From: a virus
Taxonomy: Duplodnaviria > Caudoviricetes
Strand: one strand, 5' to 3'
DNA length: 24,562 bases
Virus record (IMG/VR): IMGVR_UViG_3300020306_000019
Coordinates: 1-24,562 of that record
A program made the translations under genes and the position numbers. The notes under the pieces were generated by a model. The model had not been told where the DNA came from and did not search any database. It was given only the letters and a program-made list of their open reading frames with translations. Below are positions 7,960 through 15,849 of the stretch, one piece after another. Positions within the stretch are counted from its first letter, which is position 1. Every line of letters starts with the position of its first letter.

Positions 7960-8196
7960 TTATTTTCTAATAATAATTACATCCTCCTCATCGTCGTCAT
8001 CATTGTCAGAAGCCTTGAATACCAATAACTCTTCACCTGATTGAACGTCAGACATCTCTGGATGTATATTTTGTTTTTTGATTGGTTTATTAAAATCTTC
8101 AATTGTGATGGTCATTAACTTCCATGTATATGCAAACGTGGCGCCCGTCACTGCTACAAAACCTAAAAAATAAACAAAGGTTAGGAAGTCATTCAT
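7960..8196 (-). CDS. Small membrane protein, DUF2973-like (cyanobacterial)
   Basis: N-terminal TM helix followed by HPEMSD...GEELLVF. Confidence 0.7.
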   Translation of the reverse strand: MNDFLTFVYFLGFVAVTGATFAYTWKLMTITIEDFNKPIKKQNIHPEMSDVQSGEELLVFKASDNDDDDEEDVIIIRK

Positions 8197-8567
8197 TATC
8201 TTAGAAAAAGTCTTTGTATCGGCACTTGCCTTATCTTATCTATAATGTCAGTTTCGATTCTTTCTAAAATGTTAATATCTACATCCATGAATGGAGGAAT
8301 GATACCAAGCAAACGAAGAAGTCCATCTACAAATAATGCAAGTGTAGTAAATCCAAGAATCATACTGATCACAGTGGCATCACGATTATGTTTTGCCATC
8401 GATGTCTCATCAATCTTTCTTGCTTCATCGATTGCTTCTTTTACAGCATCAGCAATCATCGCATCAACCTCTGGTTTTGTGTAGGTCATTGCTCTGATTT
8501 TTTCTTCTGTTGTAAAGTCTCTTCCAATATCTGATATTGGAATTTGTTTGATGATTGTTCTGATCAT
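8196..8567 (-). CDS. Hypothetical membrane protein
   Basis: Hydrophobic segment ISMILGFTTLALFVDGLLRLLGIIPPFM; tightly packed. Confidence 0.8.
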   Translation of the reverse strand: MIRTIIKQIPISDIGRDFTTEEKIRAMTYTKPEVDAMIADAVKEAIDEARKIDETSMAKHNRDATVISMILGFTTLALFVDGLLRLLGIIPPFMDVDINILERIETDIIDKIRQVPIQRLFLR

Positions 8568-8573
8568 TAATAG

Positions 8574-9695
8574 TTACCTTATGATGTCGATGTGCATATC
8601 TTTAGTCCAAACTTCTAACTCATTCCGTAAAGAATTATTGGACTTAAGACTTTCATATCTTTTGGATGCTTTGTTTTTCCACCATTTGATGAGATTCTCC
8701 TGATAGAATTTATCAAAGTTAATTGGATTCTTTTCGAGTTTGTCAGTGTCTCCTCGAATTACTTCTCTGGAATTTGCAAATCCATAGTCACTAAAATAAA
8801 CTCTTTTCTTTTCAGTGAGGTTCTTTGCATTTACAATCGCAGTTTGGAATTCCGCAGCCTTTTGAGAAGATGAGCTTTTCTTGATGATAGATATCATCTT
8901 TTGTTGCGTTTTCAACTTGCGACTGGAGGCGTCCTCCTTGACCAACATTTTGTTGTTGTTCCTTTCGATAAACCATTTATTTAAACCTTTAAAAACATCA
9001 TCATGTAACAAAGGAGTAAAATCACTTTGAGTTAATCCTTTATATCTCAGATATGGTTTTAAACCGTCATATTGAGATGAAGATTTAGTTGTTCCATATA
9101 ATGAGGTTGTTTCAAATAAACAAATATCGGATCCGTATTTACTATTTAACTGTTCTCGAGCTTCATGAGAACAACAGAGAAGTGCCAACAGTTTTCCACC
9201 AAGATAATTAAATCCAAATGGTTGAGTTGGCACTATGATAAATCCCATGATTGAGTGTCGGTTAAATCGTTTTAACTCAGGTGGTCTTCCTAACCAATCA
9301 TTACGAGGTTTGCAATTAATGGTTGGAGAACCAAAACGAACAAATCCAACAATCTTTTTTGTGTTTATTTCCATGACAATCCACTTGAGTGACTTGCCAG
9401 GAATTGAACTTTCAATTGAATGAGAGGTAGTTATTTGTAATCTCTCATTAAAATATTCATTTGTGAAACTGTCATTACTTCCAGCAGCATAGACTTTAAA
9501 GTCCATGTCATTTGGATGTATGTCAAAGTTATCAAACATATCCTCTTCAGGCCCACAGCCAGGAAGATATGTCGGCATCTTTGACATACGATCTAGTTTT
9601 ACATTACGAAGATATTCATCAATACGTCCTAAATTTGAGAAATAATTGATGAATTGGTCTGCAGCATAAGCAGCATCAGTTTCACTTAAAATCAT
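8574..9695 (-). CDS. DUF4338 / Druantia DruA-like protein
   Basis: PGKSLKWIV, GFVRFGSP, PRNDWLG, PFGFNYLGGKLLALL and ETTSLYG..SSQY motifs recalled for this family. Confidence 0.7.
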   Translation of the reverse strand: MILSETDAAYAADQFINYFSNLGRIDEYLRNVKLDRMSKMPTYLPGCGPEEDMFDNFDIHPNDMDFKVYAAGSNDSFTNEYFNERLQITTSHSIESSIPGKSLKWIVMEINTKKIVGFVRFGSPTINCKPRNDWLGRPPELKRFNRHSIMGFIIVPTQPFGFNYLGGKLLALLCCSHEAREQLNSKYGSDICLFETTSLYGTTKSSSQYDGLKPYLRYKGLTQSDFTPLLHDDVFKGLNKWFIERNNNKMLVKEDASSRKLKTQQKMISIIKKSSSSQKAAEFQTAIVNAKNLTEKKRVYFSDYGFANSREVIRGDTDKLEKNPINFDKFYQENLIKWWKNKASKRYESLKSNNSLRNELEVWTKDMHIDIIR

Positions 9696-9931
9696 TGTAT
9701 AATAGGCATTCTGTTATATGGGTTGTCAGGTTCAAAGTAATAATCTTTTTCCATAGGCATGGAAATCACTTCGATAAGAAGATTAATGTCAGCAGATATC
9801 GCATCACCAGTTTCTGATAATCTACGATATCCATTACCAACATAAACTTGTCCTGCCACAACCACGAGAGTCACAGCACCCCAAAAATAATAATAAGCGT
9901 TCTCTTTAATTTGTGTTCTAATTTTTTTCAT
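9692..9931 (-). CDS. Hypothetical protein with a single TM/signal helix
   Basis: YYYFWGAVTLVVVAGQVYV hydrophobic stretch; overlaps both neighbours. Confidence 0.75.
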   Translation of the reverse strand: MKKIRTQIKENAYYYFWGAVTLVVVAGQVYVGNGYRRLSETGDAISADINLLIEVISMPMEKDYYFEPDNPYNRMPIIQ

Positions 9932-10259
9932 GATGATGTTGAGGATAATCTCTCTCTTGTGCTTTTTGAGTCATGACTGGTTTGTAACCATCACCCTCAT
10001 GACCATGTGCAATTCCAAGTTCATGCATACGAGCATGTTCTTTGATCTCATCTCTAAGATCTTTTCCCCCAGAGCCAAAGGTCATGTATATTCCATACGC
10101 AACCAAAGCAAAAACAAGAAGACCAAGAAATACAGCAAACGCTGCACCTTGGCCTAAATGTGCGTGAGGTATCAATGTATCATTACATCTAGCAATTTTC
10201 TCAGGATCATTCCAAGTGCCAGGCAAATGGTAGATCGGTGGGCATGATAAGAAAATCAT
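9918..10259 (-). CDS. PsbN-like membrane protein with His-rich tail
   Basis: TM helix ending YGIYMTFGSGGKDLRDEIKEH, matching the PsbN pattern YxxYxxFGxxSxxLRDPFEEH. Confidence 0.6.
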   Translation of the reverse strand: MIFLSCPPIYHLPGTWNDPEKIARCNDTLIPHAHLGQGAAFAVFLGLLVFALVAYGIYMTFGSGGKDLRDEIKEHARMHELGIAHGHEGDGYKPVMTQKAQERDYPQHHHEKN

Positions 10260-10411
10260 TCTTTTGTTTCTCTTTTGTGATAAACCTCAACCCATGTCTC
10301 ACATTTAGGACAGGAGAGGTTAGTATATATATCATACTCTGGATGGAACTCTTCGTCAAGGTCTGCGTCACCACCCCAGATTAATTCTGCTCCACAATGC
10401 CAACAATTCAT
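10256..10411 (-). CDS. 51-aa zinc-ribbon protein
   Basis: Hand translation MNCWHCGAELIWGGDADLDEEFHPEYDIYTNLSCPKCETWVEVYHKRETKE; two CxxC; ATGA overlaps at both ends. Confidence 0.85.
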   Translation of the reverse strand: MNCWHCGAELIWGGDADLDEEFHPEYDIYTNLSCPKCETWVEVYHKRETKE

Positions 10412-11349
10412 TTAAATTCACACTCCAACATTATTTCTGTGAGTGCAGCCAAGAGATTAATTTCTTGATCCGCAACGAAGGCAATCTGATATTGATATCG
10501 AGCAATGATAAGAACTGCGGCAGGAATACTGGCATTCTTGAGAGAGCCATATAGAGAGTCGTATATACGACGTAGAAGTATAGCAGGATCATTGTCTAAA
10601 TTATCAACACACCATTTGCGGACAGCAGGGAAGTTTTTTTCCTTAAGATTTTTTGTAAGATCATTGATTGATATGTCTGAGAATGTTGCCAATATACCAG
10701 TATCTATCTTACCACTCGCAGAGTATCTTTGACACTCATTAAGAACTCTTCTCCAATCAGGAAAATGTTTATTGATAAGTTCTACAATAACTTTTTTATC
10801 ATACTGAACTCTCTCCTGATCAAGAATAAAATTTAATCTCTTGAAAAAATTAACTGCAATCTCCTGTTTCTCCTTGCCTTTGATTGAGAAATCAACGACA
10901 GCACATCTTGAATGTAATGGTTCAATAATCTTATTCTTATAGTTACAAGTAAATATAAATCTGCAATTACCATAGAACTCTTCAATGTTTGCACGAAGTA
11001 AAAGTTGAACATCATGTGTAGTGTTGTCCGCCTCATCAATAATGATAACTTTATGTTTTGCACCACCCATCAGAGAGACAGTTGATGCAAAGTTCTTTGC
11101 CTGATTTCTCACGGTGTCAAGAAAACGACCCTCATCAGATCCATTGATTACATAAAAATCTGCACCAAGTTCATGACACAATGCTTTCGCAACTGTAGTC
11201 TTTCCACATCCAGCAGGGCCTGCAAGAAGTAGATTTGGAACTTCACCCTTCTTTAGAAAACTTGAAAATGTTTTCTTTGTATTCTCAGGTAGAATACACT
11301 CTTCAATCGTCTTAGGACGATATTTTTCAACCCATAAAAAATCACTCAT
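10408..11349 (-). CDS. gp44: Clamp loader ATPase subunit gp44
   Basis: LWVEKYRP, Walker A GPAGCGKT, IIDEAD and SRC motifs. Confidence 0.97.
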   Translation of the reverse strand: MSDFLWVEKYRPKTIEECILPENTKKTFSSFLKKGEVPNLLLAGPAGCGKTTVAKALCHELGADFYVINGSDEGRFLDTVRNQAKNFASTVSLMGGAKHKVIIIDEADNTTHDVQLLLRANIEEFYGNCRFIFTCNYKNKIIEPLHSRCAVVDFSIKGKEKQEIAVNFFKRLNFILDQERVQYDKKVIVELINKHFPDWRRVLNECQRYSASGKIDTGILATFSDISINDLTKNLKEKNFPAVRKWCVDNLDNDPAILLRRIYDSLYGSLKNASIPAAVLIIARYQYQIAFVADQEINLLAALTEIMLECEFK

Positions 11350-11803
11350 TCGTTCTCCATTCTTTTCTCATTGTAACATACTTTTCATCATAGGCAGCCT
11401 TGTCTCTCATCTCTTTAAATACTCGAGCAGACCTCGCTTTTTCACAGTGAAGTGCGTCTGGCGATTGGGGTCTAACGGAACCATCTTTAGCGTATTTCCT
11501 CCCACTAGAATGATTTGCATACCGACGGGCGCGAGTAAATCCCATCTCAAGAAATTTTCTCGCCATGTCCATTCCAATGAAGTCTTGTTTGTCTTTATAG
11601 TCAACAAACATGGAATAGATTTTATTAGCAGATTTGCGAGCAATATTTTCATTTACAAATCTCCAATGAGAGCATATATCGTTAGTATAAGGGCGTACCA
11701 ATAGCACTCCTTGTTCTCCCCTTCCAATGCGATAAAGTTTGCGATTTTCTTTAATTGTAAAATCAATTCTCTTGTAATCGAGGTCATAATCAAATTCCTT
11801 CAT
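11342..11803 (-). CDS. DUF4385-family protein
   Basis: YRIGRGEQGVLLVRPY...HWRF...DMARKFLEMGFTRARRYANH. Confidence 0.8.
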   Translation of the reverse strand: MKEFDYDLDYKRIDFTIKENRKLYRIGRGEQGVLLVRPYTNDICSHWRFVNENIARKSANKIYSMFVDYKDKQDFIGMDMARKFLEMGFTRARRYANHSSGRKYAKDGSVRPQSPDALHCEKARSARVFKEMRDKAAYDEKYVTMRKEWRTNE

Positions 11804-11946
11804 TACAGCGTTTCCTTTACATCATATTCTATTATAATTATTTTGCTCTGTCTACCTGTATGATCACATCTTAATGATTTTTCCATAGTTCCATTTAAAA
11901 GAACCGTAAGTTCTTCTATACGGTTTATAATATTTTCTTTAGTCAT
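11803..11946 (-). CDS. 47-aa hypothetical protein
   Basis: Hand translation MTKENIINRIEELTVLLNGTMEKSLRCDHTGRQSKIIIIEYDVKETL; AAGGAG SD; TAATG overlap downstream. Confidence 0.75.
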   Translation of the reverse strand: MTKENIINRIEELTVLLNGTMEKSLRCDHTGRQSKIIIIEYDVKETL

Positions 11947-12259
11947 GATTTGCTCTCCTTATATCGTCATGTAATCTTTCTGTTGGTGATTTCCTATAAG
12001 GTGGTTTTAATAATTGAGGCCATTGTTTATAAAACTCTTCAACAAATGTGGGATCATAATTAGGATGTTTAGAACTATTGATTGATGGTTCCCAAGGTTT
12101 CTTAGATACATTTCGTATTACAATAAATCGATCAGCAGCAAATGTGCCTGCCAAATTAATTTGTAGTTCCTCTCCATCAACCCAATTTAAGTCACCGTTC
12201 TTTTTTGTGTGGTTCATCAACTCTTGGATTTCATCAATCATTTCTTGTGTGAGTTTCAT
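11939..12259 (-). CDS. Hypothetical protein (106 aa)
   Basis: ATGA-coupled ORF within the operon. Confidence 0.8.
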   Translation of the reverse strand: MKLTQEMIDEIQELMNHTKKNGDLNWVDGEELQINLAGTFAADRFIVIRNVSKKPWEPSINSSKHPNYDPTFVEEFYKQWPQLLKPPYRKSPTERLHDDIRRANHD

Positions 12260-12549
12260 AAGTATCTTGGAATAAAAGTTACCTTGTCTTTAAATTGTAA
12301 TGCTGGATCTATTTTTATAGGTTCATGATTCTTTTCACTTGGAAGTTTTCCTGTTAATAGATAATCAACAACATCTCTACAACCCAGAAGATATGCTATT
12401 GTTTCTTTATTTTCTGGGTTCGTCTCTTCCAATCTTTTAGTAAATCTTTCTATGAGTTGTTGTAAATTTTCAGTAGGTTTCTTATGTAAATCAGAATTAT
12501 ATTTATTTCCATCAACGGTGAATCTAGGTTCAATTTGTTTCATATCCAC
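12256..12549 (-). CDS. Hypothetical protein (97 aa)
   Basis: Overlaps both neighbours on the same strand. Confidence 0.75.
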   Translation of the reverse strand: MDMKQIEPRFTVDGNKYNSDLHKKPTENLQQLIERFTKRLEETNPENKETIAYLLGCRDVVDYLLTGKLPSEKNHEPIKIDPALQFKDKVTFIPRYL

Positions 12550-13067
12550 TCAGGTTTGCGGTCAGGTTTACGAAGATAATTATCTGCAGCCCATGGCTTT
12601 GATGCAATGTATCTTTTATATGCAGTAAATGTGTCTATGTTATCATCATACTTCCATTCCTCTGGCATAGCACGGGGAAAATTTTTTGCTTTATGATAAA
12701 TTGCAATGTTCTCTCCACTCTTATCCTCAAATATTTTTTTTGCTTCGACTAAAGGTTCTAGACAAGTATGAGCTTTTCCATATCTTTCATAATATTCCTT
12801 TGCTAGTCCAAATCCATGTGCAACCAACCATGCTGTGTTATATATGTTTTCCGCTGCCCAGATGGTGCATGGATGACCTCTGAAGGCGCCTTTCTCTGTC
12901 TTATAGGGTGTTCCATCCTTTTTGGTTAATTGACCCCAATTAAAGTACCATTTGGAATAAACCATTGATAACATTTGACATGTTTCCAAAGGCATTTTGA
13001 CAATGTGTTTGTCAGGTAATACTCTTGCCGAATTATAAGGGCAAGGTTCAGTCACGAATACGTTCAT
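12540..13067 (-). CDS. Pyrimidine-dimer DNA glycosylase / endonuclease V-like protein (likely start 13067)
   Basis: MNVF...DKHIVKMPLETCQMLS...HPCTIWA...EYYERYGKAH...PRAMP pattern. Confidence 0.75.
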   Translation of the reverse strand: MNVFVTEPCPYNSARVLPDKHIVKMPLETCQMLSMVYSKWYFNWGQLTKKDGTPYKTEKGAFRGHPCTIWAAENIYNTAWLVAHGFGLAKEYYERYGKAHTCLEPLVEAKKIFEDKSGENIAIYHKAKNFPRAMPEEWKYDDNIDTFTAYKRYIASKPWAADNYLRKPDRKPEWI

Positions 13068-13248
13068 AATGTGGTGGTATGTAGTGATCATTCCAGTGTC
13101 GGATGTTACCAGCGACAATGAAACAGTTTGTAATTACTAATTGTATAAAAATAAGAGTTCGGATAAGAGCAATGGTATCTGCCTCCTTATCAGATTTACC
13201 AGATTTATCTCCAAGTGCTTTTGCCCAAACTCTCCATATTTTTTTCAC
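13048..13248 (-). CDS. Small hypothetical membrane protein
   Basis: WRVWAKALGDKSG...hydrophobic helix...GNIRHW; GTG start. Confidence 0.75.
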   Translation of the reverse strand: MKKIWRVWAKALGDKSGKSDKEADTIALIRTLIFIQLVITNCFIVAGNIRHWNDHYIPPHYERIRD

Positions 13249-13334
13249 TGTATTTCAATTTGTGTAGTTGCATCAAATTGTTCTACAATTTTTTGCAATT
13301 CATTTACAAAAGTAATTTGTTTTCTCAAAGGCAT
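13245..13334 (-). CDS. Putative 29-aa peptide (MPLRKQITFVNELQKIVEQFDATTQIEIQ)
   Basis: First ATG after the promoter at 13351-13379; GTGA overlap with the next gene; no SD. Confidence 0.5.
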   Translation of the reverse strand: MPLRKQITFVNELQKIVEQFDATTQIEIQ

Positions 13335-13350
13335 AATATAATACTTAATC

Positions 13351-13379
13351 ATTATAATCTGAAATAGTAATAATGTCAC
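13351..13379 (-). promoter_or_regulatory. Sigma70-type promoter
   Basis: GTGACA, 17 nt, TATAAT in an intergenic gap. Confidence 0.65.
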
Positions 13380-13414
13380 CTGAGAAAAAATTAACGTTAG
13401 TTTTAAATTTTTCA

Positions 13415-13873
13415 TTAAATTCCTAATATCTTTTTTTGTCTTTCAAAGTAACCGTGAAGAATCCAAGAGCTACTATTCATCTTCTCAGTTCCTCCAACAG
13501 ACCACTCAAACTTTACTCTATCATTTTTTTTATATTTGTCAAACTCAGGTGTATTATCTCTTGCACGATCACCTCCATTGCAGAAAATAACTTTGTCAGA
13601 TATCTCTAAACATTTTGCAATCGCACCGCAAGCAGATTCATCTGAATCATCCCAAGAAATTACAGCATCCACCATATCCAAATGACGAACAATATCAGCA
13701 CGTTCTTTCCAAGATTGAAAGTATTGACCTTTCTTTCTTGTGAGCCACGGATCACCATTCAAACCAACAACAAGATAATCTGTGAATGCTCTAGCCTCTT
13801 TGAAGTATCTGATATGGCCACTGTGAATTGGATCAAATCCACCAGTAACCAAACTTAATTTCTCAACAAACAT
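13415..13873 (-). CDS. Cytidylyltransferase-like nucleotidyltransferase (TagD/RfaE-type)
   Basis: TGGFDPIHSGH (HIGH motif), VVGLNGD, ER...VD.V, NGGDR, SSS. Confidence 0.9.
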   Translation of the reverse strand: MFVEKLSLVTGGFDPIHSGHIRYFKEARAFTDYLVVGLNGDPWLTRKKGQYFQSWKERADIVRHLDMVDAVISWDDSDESACGAIAKCLEISDKVIFCNGGDRARDNTPEFDKYKKNDRVKFEWSVGGTEKMNSSSWILHGYFERQKKILGI

Positions 13874-14643
13874 TAGTTAAATGTAGAATCAGGTTCAAGT
13901 GCAATGTAATATTTTACATCAATATCTGTATTTGTAAAACAAGATAGGAGTTTTGATGAGACAACAACATTGTATGATCCAGGCAGAATCTTAATATTCT
14001 CTACCTTAAAATTGAACATAAAGTTGTTTATGGTTTCACCAACTGTAACTGAGAAATGATTTGATGTATCATTCTTTTTGTCACGAATCACAATGCTAAT
14101 TGTTCCGTCTTCACCAATTACAGATAAATCTGGAACTTGATAGATTGCAGCAGCCTTGAGAAGTTTATCTAATTGTTGAGTATTCAATTGAAAACAAACA
14201 TCCTCAGTTGGTAGTGTAATCTCTTTCTCAGGAGGACTCACAATTACATTTGGATCAGCAAAGAAATATTTTGATCTTGCTTTATCCTCACTAATGACAG
14301 TGTAACCCTCATTCTTAAAATCTAACTCAGGTCTCTGATGCAAACTCAATGCATTCAAGAATTGATTTAAATCATAGACACCGAAATCTTTTGGTATATC
14401 CTCTTCTATTGTGGCTTCTGCAAGAATGTTTTTCATTACAGAAATTGTTCGCAAAGAATTACCTTGTTTGAATAATATAGACTGATTAATTGTAGAAAAG
14501 TTTTTCAACAACATCAGAGTTTTATCAGAAAGTCTCATTTTTGGTCTCAGTTTCATTTCATTAATTTTATCACGAACAATTGGATATGTCTCATCCAGTG
14601 TTCCTTCCAGCGTTTCTGCTGCTAAACTATAAGCGTTAACCAT
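13873..14643 (-). CDS. gp45: Sliding clamp gp45 (canonical start probably 14556 or 14538; in-frame extension from 14643)
   Basis: LSDKTLMLLKNFSTINQSI...FGVYDLNQFL...FKVENIKILPGSY...YYIALEPDS. Confidence 0.95.
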   Translation of the reverse strand: MVNAYSLAAETLEGTLDETYPIVRDKINEMKLRPKMRLSDKTLMLLKNFSTINQSILFKQGNSLRTISVMKNILAEATIEEDIPKDFGVYDLNQFLNALSLHQRPELDFKNEGYTVISEDKARSKYFFADPNVIVSPPEKEITLPTEDVCFQLNTQQLDKLLKAAAIYQVPDLSVIGEDGTISIVIRDKKNDTSNHFSVTVGETINNFMFNFKVENIKILPGSYNVVVSSKLLSCFTNTDIDVKYYIALEPDSTFN

Positions 14644-14664
14644 AAGGGGAGTTGTACTCCCCTC

Positions 14665-14693
14665 ATTATATCAGCTATTTGATGTTTCGTCAA
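14665..14693 (-). promoter_or_regulatory. Sigma70-type promoter upstream of gp45
   Basis: TTGACG, 17 nt, TATAAT with extended TGn; followed by an 8-bp hairpin at 14645-14663. Confidence 0.75.
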
Positions 14694-15768
14694 ATTGAAC
14701 GTCAGCATCTACTTTATCATAGAGTTCCATGAAAGCTTGTTTTGTCTCATCATCAAAACGATTCACACATACTTCAATTGCTTTCGCTTTGTTCTTGAAG
14801 ATTCCGTATGCACGAATGATATGAACTAATCTACGAGTAGAGATAATTTCCTCGATACCACCATCATAGAATGTCTTACGAATAATATCACCCCAATCAA
14901 CAAGTCTCTGACAGAAATCATCATCTTTGATGTTAAGAGTGTCAGCAATAACTTTAAGAATCTTGAACTCGGTCTTAACACTTGGATATGATTGTTCAAA
15001 TGTAACAGGGAATCTTTCTAAAAATGCCTCGTTAAGAACATTTGTTCCAATGAATCTACCATCCTCGGATCCTTTACCCTTTGTGTTCGCAGTTGCAATC
15101 ACATTGAATCCTGGCGCTGGTTTTACATATCTTCCAATCTTCTTGAGGAAGACTCCCTTTCCTTCGAGGATTGATTGAAGGCAAAGAATCTTGTTGGAAG
15201 CCAAGTCAATCTCGTCAAGCAATAGAATCGCACCGCGTTCCAAGGCTTCGATGATCGGGCCATTATGCCAAACAGTTTGACCGTTGAGTAAACGGAATCC
15301 ACCAATGAGGTCATCTTCATCTGTTTCAATCGTAATGTTTACACGAATAAGTTCTCTCTTGAGAGATGCACAGGCCTGTTCTACAGAAAATGTTTTACCA
15401 TTTCCAGAGAGTCCTGTAATAAATGTAGGATAAAATAACTTAGAGGCAATAATCTTCTTAACATCTGTAAAACTACCGAACTGAACAAATGTATCATCCT
15501 TAGTTGGAATCAATGATTGTTGTTCTGATGGTTGAACTGATGGTGCTTGATATGATCTTTCTATTTCTGCAACCTTCTTTGTAGTAACTTTAAGATTCCA
15601 CTTACCACGAGTTGTCTTAAAGTCCTTAAGGTAACGTGTGATTGTGTAATATCTAAATCCACGAGATGCACAATATCCTTTGACATCAGCAGTGGTAATT
15701 TTTGATCCGTATAGATTCTGAAGATCGGAGATCAATTCTTCTTTTTTCACGATTGGTTGGAATGGCAT
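14671..15768 (-). CDS. cobS: CobS-like / MoxR-family AAA+ ATPase
   Basis: Walker A GLSGNGKT, EDDLIGG, Walker B LLLDEID, ATANT and LNEAFLERF. Confidence 0.92.
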   Translation of the reverse strand: MPFQPIVKKEELISDLQNLYGSKITTADVKGYCASRGFRYYTITRYLKDFKTTRGKWNLKVTTKKVAEIERSYQAPSVQPSEQQSLIPTKDDTFVQFGSFTDVKKIIASKLFYPTFITGLSGNGKTFSVEQACASLKRELIRVNITIETDEDDLIGGFRLLNGQTVWHNGPIIEALERGAILLLDEIDLASNKILCLQSILEGKGVFLKKIGRYVKPAPGFNVIATANTKGKGSEDGRFIGTNVLNEAFLERFPVTFEQSYPSVKTEFKILKVIADTLNIKDDDFCQRLVDWGDIIRKTFYDGGIEEIISTRRLVHIIRAYGIFKNKAKAIEVCVNRFDDETKQAFMELYDKVDADVQFDETSNS

Positions 15769-15791
15769 AATGTATTCTTATCTATATATCA

Positions 15792-15847
15792 ATTATAGAC
15801 AAAAAATGGGGCATGATAAGCCCCATTGTGCAGCTTTTTAAATTGTC
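15792..15847 (-). promoter_or_regulatory. Promoter of cobS with upstream 21-bp motif
   Basis: GACAATTTAAAAAGCTGCACA, 7 nt, TTATCA, 16 nt, TATAAT; same layout as 19542-19597. Confidence 0.7.
15801..15826 (-). terminator. Intrinsic terminator of the 500-aa late gene
   Basis: ATGGGGC-TTATCAT-GCCCCAT followed by a U-tract. Confidence 0.8.
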
Positions 15848-15849
15848 CT

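Noticed and set aside
14671-15768. cobS as evidence of cobalamin biosynthesis
   Set aside because: No cobN or other cob genes in this window; the motifs support only a MoxR-type AAA+ ATPase.
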